Translations under genes and position numbers: made by a program
From: Thermoanaerobaculia bacterium
Lineage (GTDB): Bacteria > Acidobacteriota > Thermoanaerobaculia > Multivoradales > JAGPDF01
Direction: 5' to 3'
Assembly: GCA_046331385.1 (NCBI GenBank)
Contig: JAXLQW010000001.1
Coordinates: 3,580,366-3,644,365 of the forward strand
Length of the DNA: 64,000 nt
Part shown: piece by piece, positions 1 through 10,553 of the stretch
Numbering within the stretch: the first letter of the stretch is position 1
How the letters are laid out: every line of letters begins with the position of its first letter
Notes under the pieces: model-generated
What the model was told of the DNA's origin: nothing
The model's input: the letters and a program-made list of their open reading frames with translations, nothing else
Databases searched by the model: none

Positions 1-829
1 CGAACTCGCCGGTCTCGAGCACCCGCAGGAGCTTGGCCTGCAGGGCGAGCGGCACGTTGCCGATCTCGTCGAGGAAGAGGGTGCCGCCGTCGGCGACCTC
101 GAAGCGTCCGGCGCGGTCGGCCTTGGCGTCGGTGAAGGCGCCGCGCACGTGACCGAAGAGCTCGCTCTCGAACGTTCCCGCCGCCAGCCCGCCGACGTTG
201 ACCACCACCAGCGGGCGCGCCGCGCGCCGCGAGGCGGCGTGTAGAGCGCGCGCCACGATGCCCTTGCCGGTACCGTTCTCGCCCGCCACCAGGACGTTGG
301 CCTCGGAGGGTCCGACGCGCTCGACCAGCTCGAGCACCGGGCGCATCGCGGGCGACTCGGCCAAGAGCCGCGGCGCCGCCTCGCCGGCGAGCGCTCGGTT
401 CTCGGCCTCGAGGCGCTGACCGGCGCGCAGCGCCCGCGCGAGCTCGGCCTGGGTGCGCAGGATGGCGATCAGGCGCTCGTTCTCCCACGGCTTCTGCACG
501 AAGTCGCGCGCCCCTTGGCGCATCGCCTCGACCGCCAGCTCGACCGAGCCCCAGGCGGTCATCACCACCACCGGCAGAGTCGAGTCGAGCTTGCGGATCT
601 CGGCGAGCAGGTCGAGGCCCTCGCGACCCGAGGTGGTGTCGCGGGCGTAGTTGAGATCGATCAGCGCCACCTCGAAGTCGCGCTGGCGCAGGGCTTCGAC
701 CGCCGCCTGCGGCGCGCCGACGGTCTCGAGCTCGAAGCCCTCGGGCTTGAGCAGCAGGCGCAGCGCCTCGAGCACGTCGCGCTGGTCGTCGGCGACCAAG
801 ACGCGCGGCCGCGGATCGGCGGGGCTCAC
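1..829 (-). CDS. NtrC-family sigma-54-dependent response regulator, REC domain plus AAA+ sigma-54 interaction domain. The N-terminus starts at a GTG around 827-829; the C-terminus runs off the left window edge, so the CDS is partial.
   Basis: Reverse translation gives [26 protein letters not shown]...ALIDLNY...MTAWGS...QKPW, which is a receiver domain with the conserved DD, D, T and K. It is followed by [15 protein letters not shown] (Walker A) and [15 protein letters not shown]...[29 protein letters not shown], the sigma-54 activator signature. The GTG start overlaps the stop of the upstream GGDEF gene. Confidence 0.85.
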   Translation of the reverse strand, partial: MSPADPRPRVLVADDQRDVLEALRLLLKPEGFELETVGAPQAAVEALRQRDFEVALIDLNYARDTTSGREGLDLLAEIRKLDSTLPVVVMTAWGSVELAVEAMRQGARDFVQKPWENERLIAILRTQAELARALRAGQRLEAENRALAGEAAPRLLAESPAMRPVLELVERVGPSEANVLVAGENGTGKGIVARALHAASRRAARPLVVVNVGGLAAGTFESELFGHVRGAFTDAKADRAGRFEVADGGTLFLDEIGNVPLALQAKLLRVLETGEF

Positions 830-2340
830 GCCGGCGCTCCCGGGGCGCGCTTGGCGGCGTACATCGCGCGATCGGCGGCGCGCAGCGCCTCGTCGAGGTC
901 GGTGGCCGAGTGCGCGGTCGCCGTGCCGAGCGACAGCGAGAGCTCGGGCGGCGCGCTCACCTCGCGCAGGGTGCGCAAGTGGCGCGCGGCGCGGTCGACC
1001 AAGTCGCGGGCGACCCGCGCGTCGGCCCCCGGCAGGAGCACCGCGAACTCGTCGCCGCCGATGCGCGCCACCAGATCGGCGCTGCGGAAGCACTCGCGCA
1101 GCTCGGCCGCCGCGCGCCGCAGCAAGTCGTCGCCGGCCTCGTGGCCGCGCTCGTCGTTGACCAGCTTCAGGTCGTCGATGTCGGCGAGGATGACGCTCGT
1201 CGGGTACGGCCCGTCGCGGCGCAGGCGGCCGAGCGCCTCGTCGAAGTGGGCGCGGTTGTAGAGGTCGGTGAGGGTGTCATGGCTCGACAGGTAGCGCAGC
1301 CGCTCCTCGACCCGCTTGCTCTCGGTGCGGTCGCGACAGACCATGAGTTTGCCGCGGGTCCGTCCGGCGGCGTCGCGCAGCGGCTGGATGCGGACCTCGA
1401 GCGTGCCGCCGCCGAGGGCGCCGATCTCCACCACCCGCGTCGATTCGAATGCCGTGTCGTCGGACGTCCCGAGCTGCGGAAAGGCCTCGGCGAGCGTCAG
1501 GCCGAGCGCCGCGGCCGGCTCGCGGCCCAGCCAGCGCGCGGCGGCGGCGTTCAGGTCGACGATGCGGTTGGCGTCGTCGAGCACCAGCACGCCGTCGTCG
1601 ATCGCCTCGAGCACCCGATCGCGGGCCACGGGAACGAGGTCGAAGAGGCGGAAGCGTTCGAGCGACCAGACAGCGAGCACGCCGGTGACCGTGAAGCCGG
1701 CCGAGGTCCAATCGAGGATGTGGAACGGCGGCACGCGCAGGATGTAGAGCAGGTTGACCATCCACGGCACCGAGACGCCGCCGAGCAACAGCAGCATCTG
1801 CATGCGGTAGAAGCGCAGCGACTGCAGCGAGGCGCGCACCAGGTGGAAGCTGCCGGCGACGAACAGCGCGCAGGCGAAGACGTAGTAGAGCCAGAACCAG
1901 GGGCCGTAGGTCGAGCGCACGAGGGTGACCGGCGAAGTCTGGACCAGCTCGCGCGCCAACCAGACGCCGCGGAGCGGATCGCCGGCGGCCACCTGGAGGA
2001 CCGTCAGTGCCGGGATGACGAGCAGCGCGAGGATCGTGCCGCGGCGCAGCGCCGGCAGTCCGGCCGCGCCGCGCGCCAGGGTGAAGAAAGCCGGGGGCGC
2101 GGTCACCACGCCGAGATACTCGATGCGGGTGAAGATCTGGCGCACCGCGAGGTCGTCGCAGGCGAGCTCGATGGCGTAAGCGAGCGCCCAAACGGCGAGC
2201 GCGGTGAGCAGCACGACACCCGCGGTGCTCCCCGGCGCCGGCTGGCGCCGCCAGGCCTCGCGCGCCGAAAAGCCCGCCGCCGCCGCCGACAGCAGGAACG
2301 GCAGCTGGTAGGGAAGCTCCTCGAACGCCCAGGAAGTCAT
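826..2340 (-). CDS. Membrane-bound sensor diguanylate cyclase: multi-TM N-terminal sensor region, PAS-like linker and GGDEF domain.
   Basis: The 504-aa ORF has about 7 hydrophobic helices in its first ~230 aa. The C-terminal part reads [16 protein letters not shown]...[21 protein letters not shown]...[11 protein letters not shown], which carries the GGDEF active-site motif. Its stop overlaps the start of the downstream sigma-54 regulator. Confidence 0.85.
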   Translation of the reverse strand: MTSWAFEELPYQLPFLLSAAAAGFSAREAWRRQPAPGSTAGVVLLTALAVWALAYAIELACDDLAVRQIFTRIEYLGVVTAPPAFFTLARGAAGLPALRRGTILALLVIPALTVLQVAAGDPLRGVWLARELVQTSPVTLVRSTYGPWFWLYYVFACALFVAGSFHLVRASLQSLRFYRMQMLLLLGGVSVPWMVNLLYILRVPPFHILDWTSAGFTVTGVLAVWSLERFRLFDLVPVARDRVLEAIDDGVLVLDDANRIVDLNAAAARWLGREPAAALGLTLAEAFPQLGTSDDTAFESTRVVEIGALGGGTLEVRIQPLRDAAGRTRGKLMVCRDRTESKRVEERLRYLSSHDTLTDLYNRAHFDEALGRLRRDGPYPTSVILADIDDLKLVNDERGHEAGDDLLRRAAAELRECFRSADLVARIGGDEFAVLLPGADARVARDLVDRAARHLRTLREVSAPPELSLSLGTATAHSATDLDEALRAADRAMYAAKRAPGAPA

Positions 2341-2428
2341 GGGAGGCCGATTCTATGGGCCGGCGACCCCGCCGGCGCGCTCGATTCCTCGCCGGCGGGC
2401 GGCCGCGGTGGAGCGGGGAGCCGCGGTC

Positions 2429-3109
2429 TCAGACGGTTTCGTCGCCGACGATCCAGCCGTCGCGCAAGCGCACGATTCGTCGGCCGACGCGCGAGTTCTC
2501 CTCCGAGTGCGTCACCTGGATGATCGTCGTACCCTCGTCGTTCAGGCGCCGGAAGAGCCGCATGATCTCGCGCCCCTGGTCGGAGTGCAGGTTCCCGGTC
2601 GGCTCGTCGGCGAGCAGCAGCTTGGGCTTCAGCACCACCGCCCGCGCCACGCCGACCAGCTGCTGTTGGCCGCCCGAGAGCTGCGACGGGTAGAGGTCCT
2701 TCTTGCCGACGATTCCGAAGCGGTCGAGGGCGTCGGCCACCAGCGCCTGGCGCTCCGCTTTCTTCAGGTCGCGGTACGACAGCGGCACCTCGAGGTTCTC
2801 GGCCACCGTCAGGTCGTCGAGCAGGTGGTACTGCTGAAAGACGAAGCCGAGGTTGGCCTTGTGCAGCTCGTTGCGCTTCTTGAGCGAGAGCTCGTGCACG
2901 GCTTCGCCGCCGAACCGGTACTCGCCCTCCCACTCGCCGTCGAGCATGCCGAGGATGTGGAGGAGCGTCGACTTGCCGGCACCCGACGGCCCCATGATGG
3001 TGACGAAATCGCCGGGCTCGATTCCGAGATCGATCCGGCGCAGCAGCCAGATCTTCCCCGCCGGCGAGGCGATGGCCTTCTCGAGGTTCTTCAGTTCGAT
3101 CAGCGGCAC
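2429..3109 (-). CDS. ABC transporter ATP-binding protein, MacB/LolD type (a separate ATPase subunit).
   Basis: The 226-aa ORF carries GPSGAGKSTLL (Walker A), LSGGQQQLVGVARA (ABC signature), LLLADEPTGNLHS (Walker B) and the H-loop VTHS. It lies immediately downstream of an ADOP permease. Confidence 0.9.
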   Translation of the reverse strand: MPLIELKNLEKAIASPAGKIWLLRRIDLGIEPGDFVTIMGPSGAGKSTLLHILGMLDGEWEGEYRFGGEAVHELSLKKRNELHKANLGFVFQQYHLLDDLTVAENLEVPLSYRDLKKAERQALVADALDRFGIVGKKDLYPSQLSGGQQQLVGVARAVVLKPKLLLADEPTGNLHSDQGREIMRLFRRLNDEGTTIIQVTHSEENSRVGRRIVRLRDGWIVGDETV

Positions 3110-3177
3110 GCGAATCTCCTGAGCCAGGACGTCATTTTCCCTCGGGCCGGGCGCGAGAAGGCGCTCACGCAGCTTTT

Positions 3178-5601
3178 CTACTCCGCCCGCAGCGCGGCAG
3201 CCGGCTCGATGCGCGACGCGCGACGGGCGGGAATCCAGGCGATGACCAGGCCGGCGATCGCCACCGCGACGACCGCCAGGCCGACCGTCGGTGGATCGGT
3301 GGGCGAGATGCGATAGAGCTCCGGAGCGAGATAGGGGGCGAGCGGCAGGAGCGCCGCCAGGCCGACGCCGATGCCGACCGCGATCAGTCGCGCCGCTTGG
3401 CCGAGCACGCCGGCGACGAGCGCCCGCGGCGTCGCGCCGAGCGCGCCGCGCACCGCAAGCTCCCGCCGGCGCTCGCTGATCGAGGTCGCCAGGATGCCGA
3501 AGAGGCCGACGAGCGCGAGCGTGATCGCGATCCCCGCGAACCCGGCGAGCAGTCGCGCCGCGAATCGCCGCCGAGCGAGGGTGTCGGCGACCAGCGTGGC
3601 GAGCGGCCGGACGCGGAAGATCGGCAGGTCGGCGTCGAGCGCGGCGACCTCGCGACGGACCGGCTCGGAGAGCCGATCGAGCTGGCCCGGCTGGGCGGCG
3701 ACGGTAAAGGTCAGGAAGGTCGCCGGCAGCTGGTCGTGCAGTAGGTAGATCGTCGGGGGCGCCTCGGATTCGAGGTGCTGGTCGCGCACGTCGCCCACCA
3801 CGCCGACGACGTTGCCGCCGGCGCGTCCTCGCTCCCTGTAGAAGCTGAAACCGAGCTCGAGGCTATGGCCGAGCGGGTCGACGCCCGGATAGAGGCTGCG
3901 CGCCGCGCTCTCGTTCAGGAGCACGACGTTCTCGCCGCCCCAGCGGTCGCCGGGCGCGAACTCGCGACCCGAGCGAACCGGCGTGCCGCGCAGCGCGAAG
4001 TAGCCCGGCGTGACGACCCGCACCTGCGCCGACGGCTGGTCGGGAGCGTCCGGAATCTCGACGCCGTCGCGCTTGGACAGGGTGATGCCGAAGGCGAAAT
4101 CGGCGAAAGGCTGGCCGAACTCGGCCGCGACGGCGCGCACGCCGGGCAGCGCCGCCAACCGCTCGCGCAGCGCCGTGACCGCCCCGGAGACCTTCTCGGG
4201 CGTGTCGTACGAGGTTTGCGGCAGGCCGACCGAGAAGGTCAGCAGGTCGGTGGTCGCGAACCCCGGATGGACTTCGGCGAGCTGGGCGTAGCTCCGCGCC
4301 ACCACCAGCGATCCGCTGACCAGGACGAAGGCGAACGTGGTCGTGGCGACGACCAGCGCCCGGCGCGCGCGTCCGACCCCGCGCTGACCCAGGATCGTGC
4401 GCGCGCCGGCGCGCAAGGCGCCGATCGGATCGAGGCGCAAGGCGAGCAGCGCCGGGGCGAGGCCCACCGCCAGACCGCACAGGCCGGCGAGCGCCGCGGC
4501 GAAGAGCGCCGCCGGCAGGTCGAAGCTCGCTTCGCCGATCCGCGGCAAATCTCCCGCCCAAGCCGGTAGCGAACGCGCGAGCGCGGTGGCGAGCAGCCCG
4601 CCGCCGACCGCTCCGGCCGCCGCCACCAGGATCGCTTCGCCGAGCAGCTCGCGGGCGAGCGCCGACGGCGAGGCGCCGAGCGCGGCGCGCACCGCCAGGT
4701 CGTGTCCGCGCGCCACGGCGCGGGCGAGCGAGACGCTCGCGAGGTTGGCGCAGGCGGCGACGAGGGCGAGGGCGACCGCTCCGAGCAGCAGCAGGAGCGT
4801 CGGCCGCGCCGCCCTCGTCAGCTGGTCGGCGAGCGGCCGCGCGAGAGCGGATTGGCCGCCGTTGGTCGACGGGTACTGGACGGCGAGACGATCGCCGATC
4901 GTCGCCAGCTCGGCGCTCGCGGCCGCCACCGTCGTCCCCGGGGCGAGGCGGGCCACGGCATCGAGGTAGTGCGCACCGCGCTGAGAACGCAGCTCGTCGG
5001 CCGAGAAGGAGAGCGGCAGCCAGAGCTCCGAGCCGAGCGGCCAAGAGAAGCCGCGCGGCATGACTCCGACCACCGTGCGCGGCACGCCATCGACCGAGAT
5101 CCGGCGGCCGACGAGCGCCGGGTCGGCGCCGTAGCGGCGTCGCCAGAGGGCGTCGCTGAGCACCACGGTCGCCGCCTCCGGCGCGTCGTCGATCGCGCCG
5201 AGCGCCCGCCCGATCGCTGCGTCGACGCCCAAGACGCGGAAGAACTCGGCGGTGACCGCGCTCCCCGAGACCTGCTCGGCCGCGCTCCCGGTGGCGGAGA
5301 GCGCGTAGCTGCCGGCGTTGACTGCCGCGGCGGCGGTGAAGCTGCGGCTCTGCGCTCGCAGGTCGGCGAAGTTCGGCGGCGAGAGGACGGCCGGCCGGCC
5401 GTCGTGGCTCTCGTAAATCGCCACCAAGCGATGCGAATCGGGAAACGGAAGCGGTCGCAGCACCACCGCGTCGAAGGCGATCCAGACGAGGGCCGTCGCG
5501 CCGATGCCGAGCGTCAGCAGGATCGACGCGGTCAGAGCGTAGGCGGGGTCGCGGCGCAGCGAGCCGAATGCGGTCGCGAGTCGGGTCGGCAACTGGGTCA
5601 T
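3178..5601 (-). CDS. ADOP-type (FtsX/MacB-like, duplicated) ABC permease, paralog H. It is the last of the 8-gene array in transcription order.
   Basis: The true start is taken as the internal ATG giving MTQLPTRLATAFGSLRRDPAYALTASILLTLGIGATALVWIAFDAVVLRPLPFPDSHRLV. The ORF extension upstream of this ATG is Arg/Pro-rich junk. The protein is about 807 aa with an N-terminal TM helix, a large periplasmic domain and FtsX-like TM bundles, and it ends in AAALRAE. Confidence 0.85.
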   Translation of the reverse strand: MTQLPTRLATAFGSLRRDPAYALTASILLTLGIGATALVWIAFDAVVLRPLPFPDSHRLVAIYESHDGRPAVLSPPNFADLRAQSRSFTAAAAVNAGSYALSATGSAAEQVSGSAVTAEFFRVLGVDAAIGRALGAIDDAPEAATVVLSDALWRRRYGADPALVGRRISVDGVPRTVVGVMPRGFSWPLGSELWLPLSFSADELRSQRGAHYLDAVARLAPGTTVAAASAELATIGDRLAVQYPSTNGGQSALARPLADQLTRAARPTLLLLLGAVALALVAACANLASVSLARAVARGHDLAVRAALGASPSALARELLGEAILVAAAGAVGGGLLATALARSLPAWAGDLPRIGEASFDLPAALFAAALAGLCGLAVGLAPALLALRLDPIGALRAGARTILGQRGVGRARRALVVATTTFAFVLVSGSLVVARSYAQLAEVHPGFATTDLLTFSVGLPQTSYDTPEKVSGAVTALRERLAALPGVRAVAAEFGQPFADFAFGITLSKRDGVEIPDAPDQPSAQVRVVTPGYFALRGTPVRSGREFAPGDRWGGENVVLLNESAARSLYPGVDPLGHSLELGFSFYRERGRAGGNVVGVVGDVRDQHLESEAPPTIYLLHDQLPATFLTFTVAAQPGQLDRLSEPVRREVAALDADLPIFRVRPLATLVADTLARRRFAARLLAGFAGIAITLALVGLFGILATSISERRRELAVRGALGATPRALVAGVLGQAARLIAVGIGVGLAALLPLAPYLAPELYRISPTDPPTVGLAVVAVAIAGLVIAWIPARRASRIEPAAALRAE

Positions 5602-5647
5602 GGGCGTCTCCACGTCGGGATGGGGCGCTCGAGATTCGGCATCGGGG

Positions 5648-8101
5648 TCACTCCGCCCGCAGCGCGGCAGCCGGCTCGACCTCGGCCGCCCGCCAGGCGA
5701 TCGGCAGGACGGCCGCGGTCGTCGCGACCAGCAGCATCGCCGCCGCGGCGAGCCAGGCGAGCGGATCGAGCGCCGCGACGCCATAGAGAAAGCTCGCGAC
5801 CAGGTGAGCGCCCCAGCCGGCGGCGAGCGCGCCGGTCGCGAGGCCGGCCGCCGTCAGCGCCAGCGCCTCGCCGAGCACCAGACGGAGGATCCGGTGGCGC
5901 TCGGCGCCGAGCGCGGCGCGGATGCCGAACTCGCGCCTGCGCCGCCGGACGACGAACGCCACCAGCCCGGCGAGCCCGGAAGCGGTGAGCGCGAGCGCGA
6001 TCGCCGCCGCCGCGCCGACGAGCGCCGCGAAGGTGCGCTCGGGGGCGAGCGCCGCGGCGATCTGGTCGGCGAACGGGCGGGCGCGGAAGACCGGCAGCGC
6101 CGGGTCGACGGCCCGCGCCGCGGCGCGGATCGCGGCGATGGCGCGGGTCTCGCCGCCCGGCTCGACGCGGACCAGGAACTGGACGCGCGGGCGCGACTCC
6201 TGCGCCGCCGCGACGTAGAGCAGCGGCTTCGGTTGGTCGCGCAGTCCGCGCTCGCGGTAGCTCTCGACCACGCCGACGATCGTCACCTGCCAGGGATCGC
6301 GACCGGAGTCGTGGATCGTCCGGCCGACCGCCTCGCGTCCGGGGAAGAAGCGCTCGGCGAAGGCGCGGTTGACGATCGCGACCTTCGGCGCGCCCTCGCG
6401 GTCGCCGTCGCCGAAGTCGCGTCCGGCGACGAGAGGAATCCCGAGGGTGGCGAAGTAGCCCGGCGAGGCGAAGTTGAAGTTGACCGCCTCGTCGGCGCCC
6501 TCGGGCCAGGTGTAGCCCTCGGGGGTCATCGTGCGGCGCATGCCGCCGGACTCGGTCGGCACCTGGAAGCCGTAGGCCGCCCCGAGCACCCCGGGCGTCG
6601 CCGCCAGGCGCTCGCGGATCTCGGCCGCCACCCGGCGCGCCTCTTCGTCGCGGTATCCCTGACGAGCGAGGTCGACCATCGCGGTCGCGACGCCCGCGGG
6701 CCGGAAGCCGAGCGGCGTCGCGTGTAGGGCGACGAGCGTGCGACCGAAGAGGCCCGCGCCCACGAGCAGGAGCATGGCGAGCGCCGCCTGACCGGCGACC
6801 AGCAGCCGGCGCAGCCGCGGGCCGCGACCGCCCGCCGCTTCGGCGCCGGCGCCGCTCGCGCGCAGGGCGGCGAGCGCGTCGACGCGGGCGGCGGTCGCCG
6901 CCGGGCCGAGCGCGAAGACGAGGCTGGTGAGCCCGGCGAGGATCGCGGCGCCCGCCGCCACGCGCCCGCCCGAGAGCATGCCGGCCGGTTCGAGCGGGAT
7001 CGGCAGGCCGGGCGCATAGCGCGCGAAGAGGCCGACGATCGCCGACGACACGGGCACCGCCGCGAGCGCCGCGAGCGCCGCGACCAGCGCGCTCTCGGCG
7101 ACCGCCGAGCCGACCAGAGCGCGGCGCGACGCGCCGAGCGCGCCGCGGATGGCGAGCTCGCGCTGGCGCTCGAGCATGCGGGCGAGCGCCAGGCCGGCGG
7201 CGTTGGCCGCCGCGACCAGCAGGACGAGACCGCTCGTCGCGGCGAGCAGCCAGGCGACGCGCGCGACCCGCGGATCGTCCTCGACCAGGGCGCGCTCGGC
7301 GGGCACGAGGAGCGGCCAGGGGTCGCGATCCTCCCGGCTCTCGGTCTTGGCGCGCGCGGCGTCGATCGCGTCGAGCTCGGCCTGCGCCGCCGCGAGCGTC
7401 GCGCCGGGCGCCAGGCGCGCCGTGATGTCGAGGAACGACCAGCCGCGCTGCTCGAGCGGCTTCCACTGGCCCATCTCCGGGTTGACCAGGCCGATCGCGC
7501 TCATCGGCAGCCAGACCTCGGGGAAGCCGTTGAGCGTCGGGCCGCGGAAGCCGCGCGCCAGGACGCCGACGACGTCGACCGGCTGGCCGTTCAGGCGCAC
7601 CGTGGAGCCGACGATCGAGCGCTCGCCGGCGAAGCGCCGGCTGAAGCTCTCCCAGGAGAGCACGGCGACCGGCGGCGCGCCGGCGCGGTCGTCGGCCGGA
7701 CCGAGCAGCCGCCCGTAGGCCGGACGCGCTGCGAACAGGGCGAAGAAGTCGCCGGTCGCGAGGCCGGCGGCGATCCGCTCGGGCTCGCCGGCGCCGCGCG
7801 CGAAGTGCACCGACTCCCAGTCGGTCGAAGCCGCCACGTCGGTCAGCAGCCGGGCGCCGTCGCGGTAGTCGGTGAAGACCGGATACGACGAATTGCCCTG
7901 CGGTCCGGAGCGTTTCTCGTCGGTCGGGAAGATGCGCACCAGGCGGTCCGGCTCGGGCGCCGCCAGCGGGTGCACGAGCACCGCGTCGACGATGCGGTAG
8001 ATCCCGGTCGCCGCGCCGGCGCCGAGAGCGAGCAGCGCGACCGAGGTCACCAGATATCCGGGGCGACGGGAGAGCGAGCGCGCGATCTGCGACAGGTTCA
8101 T
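5648..8101 (-). CDS. ADOP-type ABC permease, paralog G.
   Basis: This is the C-terminal 817 aa of the 1421-aa artefact ORF. The start was chosen at MNLSQIARSLSRRPGYLVTSVALLALGAGAATGIYRIVDAVLVHPLAAPEPDRLV (cat at 8099-8101). The protein ends in AAALRAE. Confidence 0.85.
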   Translation of the reverse strand: MNLSQIARSLSRRPGYLVTSVALLALGAGAATGIYRIVDAVLVHPLAAPEPDRLVRIFPTDEKRSGPQGNSSYPVFTDYRDGARLLTDVAASTDWESVHFARGAGEPERIAAGLATGDFFALFAARPAYGRLLGPADDRAGAPPVAVLSWESFSRRFAGERSIVGSTVRLNGQPVDVVGVLARGFRGPTLNGFPEVWLPMSAIGLVNPEMGQWKPLEQRGWSFLDITARLAPGATLAAAQAELDAIDAARAKTESREDRDPWPLLVPAERALVEDDPRVARVAWLLAATSGLVLLVAAANAAGLALARMLERQRELAIRGALGASRRALVGSAVAESALVAALAALAAVPVSSAIVGLFARYAPGLPIPLEPAGMLSGGRVAAGAAILAGLTSLVFALGPAATAARVDALAALRASGAGAEAAGGRGPRLRRLLVAGQAALAMLLLVGAGLFGRTLVALHATPLGFRPAGVATAMVDLARQGYRDEEARRVAAEIRERLAATPGVLGAAYGFQVPTESGGMRRTMTPEGYTWPEGADEAVNFNFASPGYFATLGIPLVAGRDFGDGDREGAPKVAIVNRAFAERFFPGREAVGRTIHDSGRDPWQVTIVGVVESYRERGLRDQPKPLLYVAAAQESRPRVQFLVRVEPGGETRAIAAIRAAARAVDPALPVFRARPFADQIAAALAPERTFAALVGAAAAIALALTASGLAGLVAFVVRRRRREFGIRAALGAERHRILRLVLGEALALTAAGLATGALAAGWGAHLVASFLYGVAALDPLAWLAAAAMLLVATTAAVLPIAWRAAEVEPAAALRAE

Positions 8102-8130
8102 GGCTGCCTCCAGATGGGAGTGTCCACGCT

Positions 8131-10551
8131 TCAGTCCTCGCGCAGCGCCGACGACGGATCGAGCCGCGCGGCGCGCGCCGCCGGCAGCCAGCTCGCCACG
8201 AGCCCGGCGAGCGCCAGCACGGCGAGCGCGGCGATCGCCCAGCCCGGGCGGCGCGGATCGACGCCGTAGAGCACCGAGCCGGCGAGCGGTGCGACCAGGG
8301 CGACGAGCGCGAGACCGATCGCGGCGCCGAGGCCGAGCGGCGCGACGCCGAGCCGGACGACCTGGCGCCGGACGTCGGCCGGGGTCGCGCCGAGCGCCAT
8401 GCGCACGCCGATCTCGCGCTTGCGGCGCGAGGCGGCGTAGGAGACGACGCCGTAGAGCCCGATCGCCGCCAGCGCCAGCGCTTGGGCGGCGAAGATGGCG
8501 AAGATGGCGCCGAAGACGCGGCGGTCGGCGTAGGTCTGGTGCAGCCGGTCGAGGTAGGTCGCGACGTCGAACAGCGGCGCGTCGCGCTCGACCGCCGCGA
8601 GCTCGCGGCGGACGAGCGGCGCGAGCGCGCCGGGCGAGCCCGCGGCCGACCGGACGACGAGCGCGCCGGTGCGCCAGCCGAGGCGGGCGTACGGGACGTA
8701 GAGCTGCAGGCGCGAGCGCGGCGTCTGCTCCTGGATCTCCTCGTAGACGAGATCCGGCGCGACGCCGACGACCTCGAGCCGCGGGGCGTCGGCGGCCTGG
8801 CCGTACGCGAGACGCCGCCCGAGGGCCGGGCCGTCGGGGAAGAGGCGCGTCGCGAGGGTGCGATTGACGATCGCGACCGGCGCCTGCGGCGCGGCGAATT
8901 CGGCGGCGGTGAAGGTCCGTCCGGCGTCGAGCGCGAGGCCGAGCGCGGCGAAGAACTCCGGCGAGACGCCGACCACCGAGACCGCCGGCGCTTGCTCGGG
9001 AGCGAGGCTCGAGCCCTCGGCGAGCACGTGCTCGGCGGCGCCGCCGTCGTCGGCCGGCAGCGAGGTCACGGTGGCGGCCGCCGCCACGCCCGGCAGCGCG
9101 TTCAAGCGGTCGAGGAGCGCCCGTTGGGCGACCACCCGCGACTCGGGCTGGTCGTAGCGGTCGCCCGGCAGGTAGAAGCGCGCCGAGAGGACGGGCCGCG
9201 GATCGAAACCGGCGTCGGCGCGCGCCAGCGCGAGGAAGCTGCCGAGGATCCAGCCGGCGACGGTGAGCAGCGCGAGCGAGCCGGCGAACTGCGCCGCCAC
9301 CAGGGCGCGCTGGCCGCGCGTGCCGGAGCGGTCGCCGAGCGCGCGGGCCCCGGCGTGCAGCGCCCCCGCCGCCGGCACGTCGCCGAGGCGCAGCGCGGGC
9401 AGCAGGCCGCTCGCGATCGCCGCCAGACTCGCGACCGCGGCGATGCCCGCCGCCAGGCGCGGATCGAGATCGACCGTCAGCCAGGTGGGCAACTCCTCGT
9501 CCATCGCCCCGAGCGCGGCCACGAGCCCCGCGCGCCCGAGGGCGAAGCCGAGCGCCGTGCCGGCGAGGGCGAGCAGCGCGCTCTCGACCAGCGCGATCGC
9601 CGCCAGCCGGCCGCGCGAGGCGCCGAGAGCGCGGCGCACGGCCATCTCGTTCTCGCGCGCCACGCCGCGCGCCATCTGCAGCGCGGCGACGTTGGCGCAG
9701 GCGACGAGGAGCACCGCGATCACCGCGGCGACGAGGAGGATCAGGAAGCGATGCCCGTGCTCGTCGACCAGCGAGTCGCGCAGGCCGAGGACGCGCGCCC
9801 CGCGGCCGCGGTCGGCGGCGGGTCCGGCGGCGGCGACTTTGGCGAGCACCGCGTCGACCCGCGGCTGCAGCGCGGCGGCGGTCGTGCCCGCGGGCAGCTT
9901 GGCGATCGTCCACCAGTCGCGGCCGCGGTCGTCGAGCCGGCCGTCGGCGGGGAAGGGCACGTAGGCGCGGGTGTGCTCGGGCAGACCGAAGCCGGGCGGC
10001 AGGACGCCGACGACCGTCAGCGCGCGGTCGTTCATCTCGAGCTTGGCGCCGATCGCGCCCGGGTCGCCGGCGAAGCGGTCCTGCCAGAGGCCGTAGGAGA
10101 GGACCACCGCCTCCTCGTGGCCGAACTCGCGCTCGTCGTCCTGGCGGAAGGCGCGGCCGAGGATGGGACGCACGCCGAGCACGTCGAAGAAGTTGGTCTC
10201 GACCGACGCGCCGTCGATCCGCCGCGGCTCGTCGACGCCGGTGAGCGTCAGGTTGCGGTGCACCAGGCTGCTGACCGCGGCGAACGTTCCCGACTCGGCG
10301 AGAGCGTGAATCTCCGGCCGCGACAATCCGTCGTCGTCCGAAGCGGCGCGCTCGAACGTCGGCTCGAAGGCGACGAGGCCGGTGCCCTCGACCGCGGGCA
10401 GCGGGCGGAAGAGCAGGGAGTAGGCGAGGGTCACGACCGCGGTGGTCGCGCCGGTGCCGAGCGCCAGCGTCGCGATCGCGGCGGCGGTGATGCCGCGGCC
10501 GCGCCCGAGCTGACGCAGCGCCGGCCGGACTTCGGCGAGCCAGGAGATCAT
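8131..10551 (-). CDS. ADOP-type ABC permease, paralog F.
   Basis: This is part of the 1820-aa artefact ORF. The start was chosen at MISWLAEVRPALRQLGRGRGITAAAIATLALGTGATTAVVTLAYSLLFRPLPAVEGTGLV (cat at 10549-10551), 2 nt from the stop of the upstream paralog. The protein ends in SSALRED. Confidence 0.8.
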   Translation of the reverse strand: MISWLAEVRPALRQLGRGRGITAAAIATLALGTGATTAVVTLAYSLLFRPLPAVEGTGLVAFEPTFERAASDDDGLSRPEIHALAESGTFAAVSSLVHRNLTLTGVDEPRRIDGASVETNFFDVLGVRPILGRAFRQDDEREFGHEEAVVLSYGLWQDRFAGDPGAIGAKLEMNDRALTVVGVLPPGFGLPEHTRAYVPFPADGRLDDRGRDWWTIAKLPAGTTAAALQPRVDAVLAKVAAAGPAADRGRGARVLGLRDSLVDEHGHRFLILLVAAVIAVLLVACANVAALQMARGVARENEMAVRRALGASRGRLAAIALVESALLALAGTALGFALGRAGLVAALGAMDEELPTWLTVDLDPRLAAGIAAVASLAAIASGLLPALRLGDVPAAGALHAGARALGDRSGTRGQRALVAAQFAGSLALLTVAGWILGSFLALARADAGFDPRPVLSARFYLPGDRYDQPESRVVAQRALLDRLNALPGVAAAATVTSLPADDGGAAEHVLAEGSSLAPEQAPAVSVVGVSPEFFAALGLALDAGRTFTAAEFAAPQAPVAIVNRTLATRLFPDGPALGRRLAYGQAADAPRLEVVGVAPDLVYEEIQEQTPRSRLQLYVPYARLGWRTGALVVRSAAGSPGALAPLVRRELAAVERDAPLFDVATYLDRLHQTYADRRVFGAIFAIFAAQALALAAIGLYGVVSYAASRRKREIGVRMALGATPADVRRQVVRLGVAPLGLGAAIGLALVALVAPLAGSVLYGVDPRRPGWAIAALAVLALAGLVASWLPAARAARLDPSSALRED

Positions 10552-10553
10552 CC

